A program made the translations under genes and the position numbers. From Dicyema japonicum (taxonomy: Eukaryota; Animalia; Dicyemida): 64,000 nt of DNA. Positions 22,786 through 36,024 of this stretch are shown here, one piece after another; within the stretch, counting starts at the first letter, position 1; every line of letters begins with the position of its first letter. The notes below the pieces were generated by a model. The model was not told the origin of the DNA, did no database searches, and saw only the letters and a list, made by a program, of their open reading frames with translations. Location of the stretch: positions 23,445-87,444 of the forward strand of contig RDEW01000048.1 in the NCBI GenBank assembly GCA_011109175.1. Direction: 5' to 3'.

Positions 22786-24263
22786 TTATTTTAAACAATG
22801 AATATAATTCATCAAAGTTGAAATAAAGCTAATCCCTTTGGGAGTACTAACAAGAGTATCAAATGAATCGTTATCAGCAGGGGCTCTCAAAATATTTGGT
22901 AGCAAAATCATACATAAATTTTGTTTGGACATTTTAGTATGTTTTATGACCTCGTTAGCCTCAAATTTCTGTTATGTTTAGGAAATGCAAACCTTTATAA
23001 ACATAATTAAGTAAATAAAATTGATGTGTTCAGTTTTGGGATTTTAGATAATATTCGTTTTAGTTTTGTCAAATCTCCATTAACTGATATACAACTACTG
23101 TAGAGATTAGTTGGAATTAGTGGATCTGCTATGTCTTGGAACCACATTTTAAGAGCAGAACACAAATCCTATTTAAGTCAATATTACGACTCACAGCAAC
23201 TTCAGTACATTCGTATGATTCATACAACTCATATTTCCTCTTAATCTCTAAAACATTATCTAAATCTCCGGGGATTCTTAAATTAGAGAATCACCTAACC
23301 TAAATATTCCTTCTTTTTCAAAAGGATTCAAACTGAGTATTCTCTCACATAAATCGAGGAGAACCCATGGAAGTGTGTAATCAGGAAAGTAATTGCGCTG
23401 ATCTATCATAATTTCTCCAAGTTCTGATGTAAAATTTGAAATTCTGTACATTAATTCCTACATATTATTTCAATGAGGTACTTTTTCAATTTCAATATCT
23501 GCACGTGTTGGAATTTTGCTTGATGCTTTAATTCTTAAATCTTTCGCCCGATTTATTAATTGTTTTATATTTTTTGAAAAAAATTAAACTTTCGTTTTTC
23601 CAAGGCATTCAAGTGGTCAATTAATTGGATATTATTTTCAATGACAAATGCTTCAATTTCAAAAATAAGTTTATTTTTGGGGTAAAAACGGGATAAGAAA
23701 ATATACAAAACCTCCAACCCAGAGATTGTGCTACCTCTAAAATAACCAATAAAATAAACATTGATGGGTTATTGTTGATTTGAATGCATATGAATTGAAT
23801 CATATTTCCTCGAAGTGAATTATATTGTTGTCCGATTGATATTAATTTTATAATTTCGTCAGTATTTGATTTAGGTCTTCCTATACAATTTTGAATAATT
23901 TTTAAAGCATGATGCATAATTTTATTAATATTTTTATCATTTATTTTAAACAAATTCTTTGGAGCAGACTAGAATATTAAATCTTCGATACCTTTGACCA
24001 ACAAGCAAATGGGTAGTCACTTTGAGTCGTATTTTTAATTAAACTTGATTGGTTAACAGAAATATTGTCTGTATTATATGTTATATTTTCAAAGGACGAT
24101 GAAATTTTAGTAGATCTTTTATGCTAAAGATAATAATTCATATTACCCCATTAACGCCTCTGTAGTCTCGGAATATGTTATTAGTTAATCGGTCAAACTT
24201 CAATATCAGTCTTCTTACTCGGGAACCTTCGCTATATCTGTAATTAATGGTGTTGTGCTCCAT
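22786..24263 (-). CDS. ARHGAP39: MyTH4-RhoGAP protein (ARHGAP39/Vilse-like) with two apparent 1-nt frameshifts
   Basis: Manual splicing: GLEVLYIFLSRFYP (MyTH4); ELGEIMIDQRNYFPDYTLPWV...EKEGIFRIPGDLD, SALKMWFQDIADPLIP, TKMSKQNLCMILLPNILR (RhoGAP, Arg finger intact); several 23-26-nt introns. Confidence 0.85.
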
Positions 24264-24644
24264 TAATAGAATAATTAATTATGTTCGATTTATTATTATT
24301 ATTAATGCTAAACTTTGGTTTAGTTTAAAAATAATTAAATATTTTGTATTAAAAAAAATATTAATGGATATAAATATTATGAAAAATAAATGGAACATGG
24401 ACATCTGAGCATAAGCCATGACTTCTGTGAAACCCAGTGGCCTCTTCGGTTGATCTCAATTGCTATCGTAAGAGGCAGTAGCAATTATGTCGACGGAGAT
24501 AAATAGTCCGAAATAAAATGTTTTCGCCGTCTACTAAATGTAAATTTTCTGAATATAAAATTATTTTTTAGCAGAAATAAATAACTGAAATCGTAAAATA
24601 GTAAAAATGTTTTTAAAATGGAATTATTTTTTCAATTTCATTAT

Positions 24645-25156
24645 AGTAAAAATGTTTTTAAAATGGAATTACTGCTGGATACTCGGCCATTCTTGAACCT
24701 GTCAGGTTATGCAGAAGTGACGGGAAACGACCGGACGGGAAAACCATATTTCCCTTCGAGGCCGGGAAACTACTTGTTTGGGACGTGACATGTACAGACA
24801 CGTTCGCCCCGAACAATCTTCACGAGTGCGCTTCAAGGCCTTTGAGGCCGGGAAACCACTTGCTTTGCTTTCTGTAGCCGTCAAGGCGGAAAAGGCCAAA
24901 CTCGAAAAATACGGCGACCTTCCCGATAATGTCCAATTTGTTCCCCTTGCTATGGAGACTTCCGGATCCTATTCCCTTTATACACTAGAGTTTTTCGGAC
25001 GTCTTGGAAACCGGATCACCTCATGCACTGGAGATCTCCGCGAACGCCGCTGGCTGTTTGAGCGAATTTCGCTCTCAATTCTGAAAGGGAACAGCCACGC
25101 AGTGAGGGCGGCAGCTAACTAATGTTTTGTCCTTTTTTTGCTTATAAATAAATTTT
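24645..25156 (+). mobile_element. CRE/SLACS-clade retrotransposon 3' fragment (RLE domain)
   Basis: LEPVRLCRSDGKRPDG, TLEFFGRLG...RRWLFERISLSILKGNSHAV; TSD AATTTCATTAT at 24634-24644 and 25157-25167. Confidence 0.82.
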
Positions 25157-25299
25157 AATTTCATTATGATCTACAAATAAAATTAAATGACGCTAAACTT
25201 GACCTATTTATATGAATACAAAACATTACTAGATAAACGGATTTATTGGATGGGGACTAGAAGCGACAGGATTTCCTGTTTAGTTGCTCCAGCCAACAA

Positions 25300-26350
25300 A
25301 TGGCCTAACGGAACAACTCTCTTCCCATAGAAAGTGATAAATACTTCTCCTGTGACGCCTCTTGTGTGAATAACCTATGTTCCTCCTACATTTCTATGAC
25401 TGCAACTAACCCAGATTCAGCCTCGGAAACGACTGAGACCCTAAAAATTAAGAAATAGGAATGTCCTGTAGACAGTACATTTTTAACCAGTCGACATGGA
25501 AGCGTCTGGAACCATAAGAAGCAGGTCACTGCCCCTGTTGAACATAATCGGATCGCTTATCTCGGAAAGAAAAAATGATAAAAGTGAAAGAATGTTCACT
25601 GGAGGAGATGGGCAAGAGAAAGCTTTTCTTAGAATCAATGATAATTTGTCCATTGGTGGAATCCACGAGCCAGACTAGTCTCTATAGAGGATGTGCTCAG
25701 AATGTAGTTGTGCTATGGTCTTACTTGTTTCTCTCTTGAGGGTAGTCTCCGAGTCACCCACCAATGGTGGAGGGGCATCCGACAGATAGTTTCAAATCAG
25801 TCCGCAGATGGCCTTGGTTAAGATGTGGTCATGTATCGTCTTTATCTGGAGATGACGGACGAATTTTTGTAAGTTTAAGAAACCGGTGCGTTATGGTCTG
25901 AATTATCTTTCTGCACTTTTTCAAACAGTTGTCGTAATTAAATGGTAGTTTTTAGTTGGTACTTTAACAATAAGTGCCAATAAATCCTCCTTTGAATGAA
26001 AGCTTTTTTGATTTTCATCAAAATTGGGTTGTGATCAATTCCTGGATCATAAATGACTGACCAAGACGACATTGGAGTCAGGGAAAGGGAGACAAAAGTA
26101 ATATCCGGCCAAGTTCGTTAGTCGGTATCCTTTTAGGACGTTCATGTGTTTTTTGATTGGTCATTCATGATCGTCGAAAACCCCATATGTGATACTAGTC
26201 TCCCTCTTGTATCGGAGGGTAAATTTGATAATCATAAAAGGGTGTTTCGTATTGATATCACAACATATGAGAACGCCGTCCAAGTAGAAGAGCAGATAAA
26301 TCGGACCTAGCATAGTAATTCAAATACGAACCGAATGGGGAGACGTATAA
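25300..26350 (-). mobile_element. Heavily decayed LINE remnant
   Basis: GIDHNPIL (APE end) and TIAQLHSEH (C-terminal AQLRSGH-like) only. Confidence 0.4.
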
Positions 26351-27466
26351 AGGAAATTGAAATAAAAAATGTTAAAAAATATTTTCCTTTGTAGTTGCAA
26401 ATAAGATCGCAATTATTTATGTAACATTGTAATCTTACATCCTCTCCGTCGTACTTTCATATAATTCTTCACTTGTTTCTCCTATTATTTTTGGCACTCT
26501 TGGAAGATCATAATTTAAGTTTTCATTGTGCCACGTTCACTATCCTACTATACATCCTCTCTTTTTTAGCTATTACTTGTAATGAATCAAGATCAATTCA
26601 GAATTTCTATCTATGATTCTTCAAATTCTGCCAAATTGCCTTGACTGGAAATATATGAGAACCGTACTATTGATTAAGAATATCGTTTTCCCTGTATCTT
26701 GTCTAACGCCTGATCCCATTTAAAATATCTGACATGAATGTTTTCAAAATTAAAAATGTAATACTTTACAACGACGTCTGTTTTGTTGTCCTTGAATTTT
26801 TCAGTCGAATATCATTTCCTATTTTCTGACACTTCTCTTGAAGCTTTTGGTATAATTATTTTACATTTTATTTATATTTATTTATTTAACCCCAAGACCA
26901 CCAAGAAAGATAGGTCAAAACTAACTAATTAGGCAATCCCAGCCTCCAACAACATTCAAACTCTCTTCATCTGGTCTTCTGATGACCCAACCGCATTCCG
27001 GAAGCGCTTTCTCTTCCTTCTGCAAGGAATTCAATCGGCGTGCATTTTTTTATAACTGACAGAAATTCCTATACATGGGCCATCTATTCCTTGAGTAGGT
27101 TTCCCAGTTCCTTGCAGAAACGTAGGAAACCCTGGCAATTCTTCAACCTATCTGAATGTACATTATTACTTAATAATATTCTAGTTGTTCATGTGAAAAA
27201 TGCTAGAAGAGAAAGGAGGTAGCTAATTGAGAGCATATCGTGTGACTGACTCATCACAATACTTTAAGAATAGTAGAATATTTACTTGGAAATGTGCTCT
27301 TGCAAGTTTATCCTCTCTACATTGTTATAAATATGTAGTGTTGTATTCATTCAGATTTATGATTTTATACATTTTCTCTCAAGGCGGACGGAGAGGATGA
27401 TTCGGAATACGGCACAAGGGAAACTTAACTAATTCTATGTTTTCTCGGGAGTGCTTTTTAATAATA

Positions 27467-27582
27467 ATAAACTTCTCAAAGATCGTAGTTATACAGGATT
27501 TGTTTGTACTTTCGCAGAAATTATGGATAAACTTCTCAAAGATCGTAGTTATACAGGATTTGTTTGTACTTTCGCAGAAATT
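27467..27582 (+). repeat. Perfect 56-bp tandem duplication, period 60
   Basis: 27467-27522 equals 27527-27582; abuts a (TAA)n LINE-type tail. Confidence 0.9.
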
Positions 27583-28599
27583 CTTTGATAATTTTATTTA
27601 ATTCTATACCATTTTTTTATACAAGATAATAGCTGGAAACTAAATGGAAATTGACTGTTTCTTTATCTTATTTTAATAAATTTTTTAATATTTTTCCTCA
27701 ATCGTTTCAGATATATTTTTCTTATGGATCCATAAATATTTATACTTCGGCAAAATTGTTGGAAAATTCTCCATATGTAGGTCCACTCTTATGTAGACGG
27801 AGGAAATGATTCGTTTATAATCTTTTTGAATACGAACTTTAACTTATTAAAAGTCAGACAACAATGTCACCGACGTCTAATGATCACTTTTCTGTTTGTG
27901 GTTGGGAAGCCTCTAGTTGGTATATAACGTGTACGGACAGTCTCACTTTGAACAGCCTTTTTAAAAGTGGTATCACTGACTGTTTAATCGCTCAAAAGTT
28001 TGAAACAGTAAAGTGTCAAAAGTATACTGGTTCCCTAACGTTGTGACGTTTGTTCTATCAATGTGAAAGTCTCCTGAGCCCACGTACATTCTCCCTTCGC
28101 TTTTATCAAAAGACTCAGAATTTTATCTCACCAATCTCAGTGGACCTGATTGAACGCTTTTGGCAAATTTGAAGGTATTTTCTTCTCAGTCCAGAAAAGG
28201 AATAATCTTGCGATAAAAGCTGAGACCCATAAATCTAACTTTTTTTTCACGTTTAAATAAAATATTTTATTTGAAAATAATAGGATAACTTTGGGATGAT
28301 GCAATGTTATAAGTACCGGGCAGAATTCAGAAGTTTTCCAATTCGAATCTCACTGATCCCTGTTCAAGCTGAAAATTCCATGTATCAATGTTGTTTCTCG
28401 GCATGACAAGTGACGCTGTCATCAATGACACCTCAGTGTGGAACCGAATTGTCTTCAGGTACTTGTACACAGCTAAAAGAAAGAAGTTAAGAATACTCTT
28501 GATGTCGGTCCCATTTCTAAGATTAATTACCACAACAATTTTTTTCATAAATACGTTATTAAAAATCCTGCCGTGAGCCCTAAATTCTTTCGCAGTTTT

Positions 28600-29240
28600 A
28601 CCTCCCTTTAGCTTCACAGTATCTTCTAAATGAACGTGTCATCCATTTTGGTCCTCAGAAGAAAACCCTTAATCCGTTACACTACCACGCTCCTTACTGA
28701 CTTGATAAGGGTTTCCTCCTCATCTAGTGGTTCCTCACCCCTTTTATGAAGGGCCAGCTTGATTGCCATCCTCCTCGTCTTGTCCAAAAAATTGATTATT
28801 CTTTCTCTTTTGGCGAAAAATACCATCCATCACATACGTAGACAAGAGAGGGCAGAATTAATCTTTCAAAAATAGAGATTAACGTTTCCTTCTTCAAATA
28901 AAGTTTTCGAAGACACAGAAGTGCTTTGTAAGCTTTTTTTTATTTTCATTTTGACACCTTCAACGTAATCTCCTTTACATCCAAAACAGACACCCAAATA
29001 ACGTAAATGATCAACATTGTTGATACTACTCAATGTGTACTCCTGTAGAGTTTGAGAGACTTAAGCCACAGGACTTAGACCACCAGAGAATTTCCTGTAA
29101 AAATCCACGTAATCTTCCCTCCGACAATACCGGACTTTTCGAGATGTTTGATATCAGTACGTCGTCCGCGTAAATAATCACATTTCTGGGAGCCGGAAAA
29201 TCTCTCATTAATACATTAAATAGCAGAAGATTCAATTAAT
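28600..29240 (-). mobile_element. Decayed LINE-C-family RT/C-terminal fragment
   Basis: LLFNVLMRDFP...IYADDVL; RRMAIKLALHKR homologous to RRAGIKIALHKR at 5534-5794. Confidence 0.75.
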
Positions 29241-29436
29241 CAATCAAGTAAAAGTCCTGGCTGTTTGGCTTCTAACATTAATAACTATTTAATCACTGTT
29301 TGAGATAGTAATTGTTCGCGGCAATCCTCAGTGTCTCTTGGTCCCTGGAGCATTTATAATAATTTTTAATTTTTTAATTAATTAAAAAATAAAAATTTTT
29401 TAAATTTGAATAAATAACCGGTAAATACTTCGTTAA

Positions 29437-32400
29437 ATGGTTGAAAGTTCATTACCAGAACTTAAATTTTCACATATTTTGAATGTTCCTGATTGTATTC
29501 GCAACGTTAATATTTAGGTAAACCTCCTTACTCCTTGATTGAACCATTTGATGAAAAGGATGCTGAATCAACCGATGATCTATTTATGGGGCCTATAATG
29601 AAATATATGAGTGACATCGTGAATGATAAGACAAATAATGATACTTTTGAAGGTCTTTTAAATCAAATTTGTCGCCGTGGAATGGAGAACAGACTGAGAG
29701 AGGTAATTTTAATGCATTTGAACGTAGATACCAATCGAGATTATAATGGCAGTTATGGATCGCTTAGGGGTATGTATTAATGATGATAAAAATGGATGCG
29801 TCTGTGTCTTAATTTGTTTGCATATTATGACTGCGGACGGAATTTCCCCTGAGGTAAGACGGGAAGAGTTGATATTTGTTCTACTCTCATTTCTCAAGAA
29901 AATAAAAGCAAATGAAATGCCTTTATATGTTCGAATTATGAATGCTTTATTACGATTGGTGGAATACTTGCCATCAACTTCGTTGGAACGACTATGTTGC
30001 TTGTGTATGTGGGCATTCTTTAACTTTGTGGAAGTGCAATTGAGTGCAATGAAAGTAGTTGTTCTCATTTATTCAAAATACGACGTCTCTTCTCTATTCA
30101 GCAGGATATTGCATCTGGTCTCACTACGCTTCATTGTCAAAGAGATTTCAAATTTGTTGGAGGGGATGCCATTCAAATGATATCAGCCCTTGTTATTCAG
30201 ATAATTCAGTCCATGGAGGCACCATTCCAAACTGTCATTGATCATGCCAAGCGATTTGTTGTGCTTTACAAGTCACTACTGTTATAATTTTAGGTCATCA
30301 TCAAAATTTATTTTCTATAACTGGATATTTGACCTAGTAACAGCCATACACAAACCAGAATGGCCCGCAGCAGATTTATTACTACGGCTTGTTCTTGCCC
30401 ATTTGGTTTAGTTGCTTTCCGTATTTTAGGTGAATTGTTTGCAAATTCTAATGACTTGCAAGTAAGACTTCACTCACTTGACTGTCTGATTATGAGCATA
30501 CAAAGAATCGATCCTCACACTTCATTAAATGATGTTTTTATTTATCTAATCATTAGGATTACTTCACTCTATACTACAAAGTTTTGGATTATCTTAAAGG
30601 ACAGGTCTGATTTATCCATCATTACAGTCCGCCTGGAACTTCATGGTTAACAAAATGTTGCATCATCTTACTAAATCAAAATCTACTCAACGACTCCAAG
30701 AATTTAACGAATCATTACAATTATCTCGTTCTCCGATGAACTATCATAATCTTTGTGAGGCAGTGTCCTTCATTAATCTCAATTGTCCGTTCACATTAAA
30801 ATATAATCGTTTTGTACAATTTGCTACTGCTTCGGTAGATTTTGATTATTAGTCGTAGATTCAGAATGGATTGGCCGATCAAAATCCTCACATCAGGACG
30901 AAATGTACTAAATTTCTGAGTTGCGTTGTACAAATTGATCATTCAATTTTCCAAAAAAAGAATATTCAAAGTGCATTAGGGGGCTTACTGCTCGATTCTT
31001 CAGCGATTGTTCGTGAATGTGTAGTTGAGTTGATTGGGAAAATCATAAAAATTAGACCATCGCTTACTAACACATATTATGATATGCTGTGTGGCAGAAC
31101 CACAGTTTTATTCATAAATATATTTTAGGATTGTAGTATTATTGTACGAAAGAAGGTAGTTAAACTATTTATTGACATGTACACTGTAAATCATCCAAGA
31201 GTAACAGATATGTGTGTCCATATAATAAAACGAATTAATGACGAGGACTCCATTAAGGTTGTAAATATGGATTATGACAGAAATTGGTGGTTGATTTTGG
31301 GAAGAAAATGAATAATATTACTGATGTGGTTGTGATTTTTTGATATTTAGGTTTCCTTGATATCTACTGATTTGTCGGAGATTTTTCTGAGAAGTGTAAG
31401 TGTTCTTGTTACTGTAGGTGTTGAACAAGACTGGTGTGGCATCACGAATGGTAGACTGTATTATCAACAATCTTGAATGTGCTAATATATCAGACTGCTT
31501 TCAAACACTTGAGGTTATATCAAGAGTATATCCTACTACCTTTGTGAGACATTTATGGGAATTATTTCCATATCTAAGTCAGAGTGATGTAGCACTAAAC
31601 ACACTGGAGATTGTTAGGAATACAATAGTTGTGGTTGAAAACCCAGATTATGACATGCTAACACACTTGGAAGGGCAGATGGTGCGTATTATAGTAATGC
31701 ACGGAATGCAAGTATAACCATTATCATATATTAAGCTTATTCCCTTCGCTGTTCACTGTTTGGTCAATGTTGTTCGACTATCTGATAATTATAAACTTGT
31801 TTATGACTTGTTTGACAAGTTCTATACAATTTGTTACAATAAAAACAACCAAAATAAGTTGAGGGCCATATATATTGTTGGATTGTTGTGCAGACATTTT
31901 GATATACCTCACAGTGAGAATATATTTGATGAAATTTATTCACTAACTGACGATGAAACTCTGCGAAGGGTTGCTGTTCGTACTATTGGTTCATTTACTT
32001 TTGTATTTAGGTCTTCTGACTCTTCGATGGCCCAAACTTATCCTGTTTGATAAAGTGAAACAACTTTACTTGGATATATTACAATCAGAAAATGAAAGCA
32101 TGTGCGTTCTGGTTCTTCTTTTCCATAATTTCAGGTTTTAGATAATATTGAATCGTTCCTAAATGAAGAGAATGAGTACAAATTTTTAATTAGCGTAGAA
32201 ATGAAAGCGCAGCGGCACAAATGTACATACTCTCAGTACTGGAATGCTCAGTAAAAACCACTCCTATAAGAACTTCATCAATTAATGTTTTGTTCAAAGT
32301 TGCCCATAATGGATTGCTACAACCAAATTTAATTGGCCCTCACTTGATTTACCTTACCACCGATGAGGATGACAATATCTCAAAAAAGGCTCATTCTATT

Positions 32401-33139
32401 CTCAATTATTTGCAAATAAGAGACAACACTTTTATAAATGTTATACTTATGCTTATTTTTAGGTTATTGCAGCTGATGGGCTGAACATTTGTTATAAACA
32501 CGCACAATCTAGAGGAGTCATAGGATGTGTTGCTGTCCTGGGGTATATTTATACACATCTCAACAGAATACATGCTCGTTTATTTGTTGATAATATTGTG
32601 TGTTTGCTGGACGATCATTCTGCGTCACTTCAAAAACATCTCTTCCTCGCTGATAATCTTGCTCACTTTTATTACACCACCATTGATCAGCCAATGTATG
32701 TTATTTACCAAATTGATCTCATTCTTTCAATCTCTGCTACATCGCTTGTGGAATCATTCTTCAAAGTATTGATATTTTTTATTCTAGAAATTCCCACAAT
32801 ATTCCATAAATTCAGAATCTCTTGAATATTTTTACAAGGCTCAGTCATTTATTCTTCTCGTAGAATTGAGGGAGTGGCTAAAGGAATCTTATGGAATTTC
32901 TGAGAAGTTGCGGAATATTTTATCTCTAGTAAAATTAGCATGTACACCCCATTTGATTTGAAAATTGATAAAAATGTAAATCGTAAAGTAAAGGGACAAT
33001 TTAACCCAAAAACAACAATATGGTCGCTAGACAATCCAAATAATCATAATAAACTTCTCTCTTGTTTCAAACAGGTTATACATATTTATAATGATAGTTT
33101 GTTGACAAATTAGAGTTTATTACTGGTATGGACTTTAGC
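29437..33139 (+). CDS. NIPBL: Cohesin loader Nipped-B/Scc2, compact multi-exon
   Basis: IRTKCTKFLSCVVQIDHSI...LLDSSAIVRECVVELIG...YYDML (cohesin HEAT); LFLADNLAHFYYTTIDQPMYVIYQID (Nipped-B_C). Start and stop inferred by splicing 23-nt introns. Confidence 0.88.
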
Positions 33140-33239
33140 CGTCCTCATAAAGTTATGAAAGTTTTGTAATTTGCTAATAGAATGTTTTTATACTTTTAAT
33201 AATCTTTTGAATTTTTGTTAAGAAAATAATTTATTACGA

Positions 33240-33930
33240 AACAAGACAATCAAAAAATCCAGCTGATGGAATGGCTGTTTTCTCTGATAACTGCCAAAGA
33301 AATCCTTTGGAACAACCATTCAGTTTCCCGACGCTTATTGCGAACTTTCGAAATCATTGATCCAAGCGATCTTAGAAAAAGACCGTCTTGGGCCCGAAGA
33401 CTCTACTCGTCTCGACAGCAATGGGCTGAACATGGAATCTTGTGGAGAAGCGTCGCATTTTTTATCTTGAAATTCTCGAAAATACGTGCAGCCATCCCCA
33501 TCTTTTAACGCGGAACCTGCAAGTCTCTATTGGTAAATGGTTTCGGTACAGGCCCAATCCCAAATCAAGCATTTCCCTCATGAGAAGGGGAAGACAGTTA
33601 CCCCGTCTGGACACTTTCCATCTCCACGATCCAGGCCCACCGGTTCCAGAGACGACGGGAATCCAACCGCCTCAAGAGAGCGCTTCACAACCCCATTGAT
33701 GACTGCATACCTAGGGAACCGACCTCTGCTGAGACGGCAAGAGAGTGGCTGAAGTCCTTTGCAGTCCACAACAGATCCGCATGGATGAGGCTGGCACAGG
33801 TTGATCCCGAGATGGATAGAATCCTACTCCGGAGGGCGTCCCATTCCAGAAGGGAACAAATTGACGATGATGGGAACGCGTTCAGCCAAGAATCGCTTTG
33901 AAGGGAAGAGGTTGCCAGTTTCCATAAGGG
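33240..33930 (-). mobile_element. CRE-clade 3' fragment (zinc finger and RLE)
   Basis: GLQPLSCRLSRGRFPRYAVINGVVKRSL...LEPVGLDRGDGKCPDGVTVFPFS. Confidence 0.85.
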
Positions 33931-34189
33931 TCAAATGAATATTTTTGTAAATAAAGTTTGTCCAGTTCCTCAGTAGGTGTGAATTATTTTAAAACTTTCA
34001 AAATCATTGATCCAAGTGATCTTAGTTTTAGATTCACAAATGGAAATTTTCGAGATTTTTAATCTGAATAAAATTATACGACTTTTTAGATATAAAGATA
34101 ATTCTCTCGACTGTGTTAGAACTTTTATGCCAATATTAATTCAATTAATTATTCATGTATATTTATCCAAATTAACGAATATTGAAGTA

Positions 34190-34736
34190 ATGGATTACAG
34201 TATGTCAGTTTTTATATTTTTGTAGATAATAAAATGTTTTACTATTCTTTTGATGATACTTTCGTACCACAGTATTACAATGAATATTTTATCAATTATC
34301 CACCCTTTCCAACTCAAAACACAATGCTTCAACCTCAGAATCATAATCAAATCTGCGATGATACTTCCCCAAAATTACCAGTCAAAGCTCCAAAGAAAAA
34401 AAGTATTTTATTGTTTTTACCAGAACGGTCAATCTATTTGTGGGAATATTTGCTCAAATTATTGCAAAACCCAGCATATTGTCCAGACTATATTAAATGG
34501 ATCAATAAACAAGAAGGAATCTTTAAGCTGGTCAACTCTAAAGCCGTCTCCATGCTATGGGGACAGTATAAAAACAGACCTATGATGAACTACGAATCTC
34601 TTGGACGATCAATGAGGTTGGATTACTTTGTGATATTAGATATTACTACAAAAAGAACATATTAAGTAAAGTTCCAGGGGGACGACTAGTCTACAAATTC
34701 TCCAACCTCCCAGATACAATATTAGAAATAGAGTAG
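34190..34736 (+). CDS. ETS transcription factor, ELF/E74-like
   Basis: IYLWEYLLKLLQ...CPDYIKW...[54 protein letters not shown]; introns 34200-34225, probable 34403-34423, and a 23-nt intron near 34617. Confidence 0.9.
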
Positions 34737-35325
34737 ATTACGATTTAGACATTAATGACTAACAACTAAACCTTTAAATACTCATGATATTTGAAAATTA
34801 TTATTAGGTCAAGCTGATATGAATCTTAGAATTTTAAGTGTTCTATTTTTCAATTTTTTCTTTATAGGAGACACTAGTCATCCCTGTGGAAAAGAACAGT
34901 ATGGAAAGATCTCTTGATGAATTTATGTAATCTCACGGTATTTTCAACTGAGAATCTAAAGATCACAGTCTCCTATTAGTTAGTGAGGCTGCGCTATTTG
35001 ACTAACGTCTCCCCTCTTCATACATTATCTTTAATTGAACAAAAATTCTGATTCTTCAAACGAATTTTATCCATCCACGTGGTTGAATTTATACTAATAA
35101 GAATACCTTCGTGAATAAATGAGAGTCAATTTAATAATTCTAAAGGCAATTAAATACCTTCATTCAGGTTAAATTCGATTAAATACCTGTAAAATAATTA
35201 AAATGAGGTTAGTGTCAGAATTCCCCAAAATTCGAGTATTTTACCCTTTAAAATATGTGTCCAAATATATTATATGTCAATAGTCATGTATTACTTTATT
35301 AGTACTGTTAACGGTGGTTAGTAAG

Positions 35326-36024
35326 TTATTTTATATTAGCTTTAACCATGAGTACCCCATTATCAATGTTGTACATAACAGAATTCTTGTCAACGTCGAA
35401 GGGAACCGTTATCTCTCTTGAATAGTTATATCTTGTTGTATGTTTCTCCAGATAATCAGCATGTCTTGCATTTACTATTAATCTTCCATATTTAATCATC
35501 ACTTCCACTTCGTCAAGATTGAAACAAGCTACATCTAGTGAAAGCGCCCATTTTTTGTTATTTCCTTCTGTCACAATTTTGGGACCAGTAATATAAGTAA
35601 GCATTCCATATTGAGATCTATGTGGCTGAACCTGATGTTTTGTGACTTGTGAATCCATTTTATCGTCAACAGTCTCAACAGGTGCTTCAATAGGCGCCTC
35701 AATAACAAGAGTGTTGACGTCTTTCATTGTACTGCTTAATCTTCGTGGATTTATATCTTTTGGAATTTCAATCTCTTTGGTGAAAACGAGATCATTTTCA
35801 CATTCAATTTTGCTGTTTTTAGTTGTTATCGTTATTTTTCCTTTAACTGCAAAAATTTTAAGGTCCTTCGGAGATACTCCATCGACGCTGACTGTTGCAC
35901 GGAAATTCTGAGTGCCATTGTCTGACTGAATAATTTCCGAATTTTGCAATTCCAACTTGGAGTTCATCATAATTATATGACGATGTGTGCCACAATATAA
36001 ATGAGTGTTTGCGTCACCTGTCAA
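35326..36024 (-). CDS. Small heat-shock protein with two alpha-crystallin domains (p40/Tsp36-like); true start uncertain (ATG at 35970)
   Basis: ACD1 FRATVSVDGVSPKDLKI...FTKEIEIPKDINPRRLSSTM...LVIEAP; ACD2 LSLDVACFNLDEVEV...YSREITVPFDVD...NGVLMVKA. Confidence 0.8.
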   Translation of the reverse strand: MTGDANTHLYCGTHRHIIMMNSKLELQNSEIIQSDNGTQNFRATVSVDGVSPKDLKIFAVKGKITITTKNSKIECENDLVFTKEIEIPKDINPRRLSSTMKDVNTLVIEAPIEAPVETVDDKMDSQVTKHQVQPHRSQYGMLTYITGPKIVTEGNNKKWALSLDVACFNLDEVEVMIKYGRLIVNARHADYLEKHTTRYNYSREITVPFDVDKNSVMYNIDNGVLMVKANIK

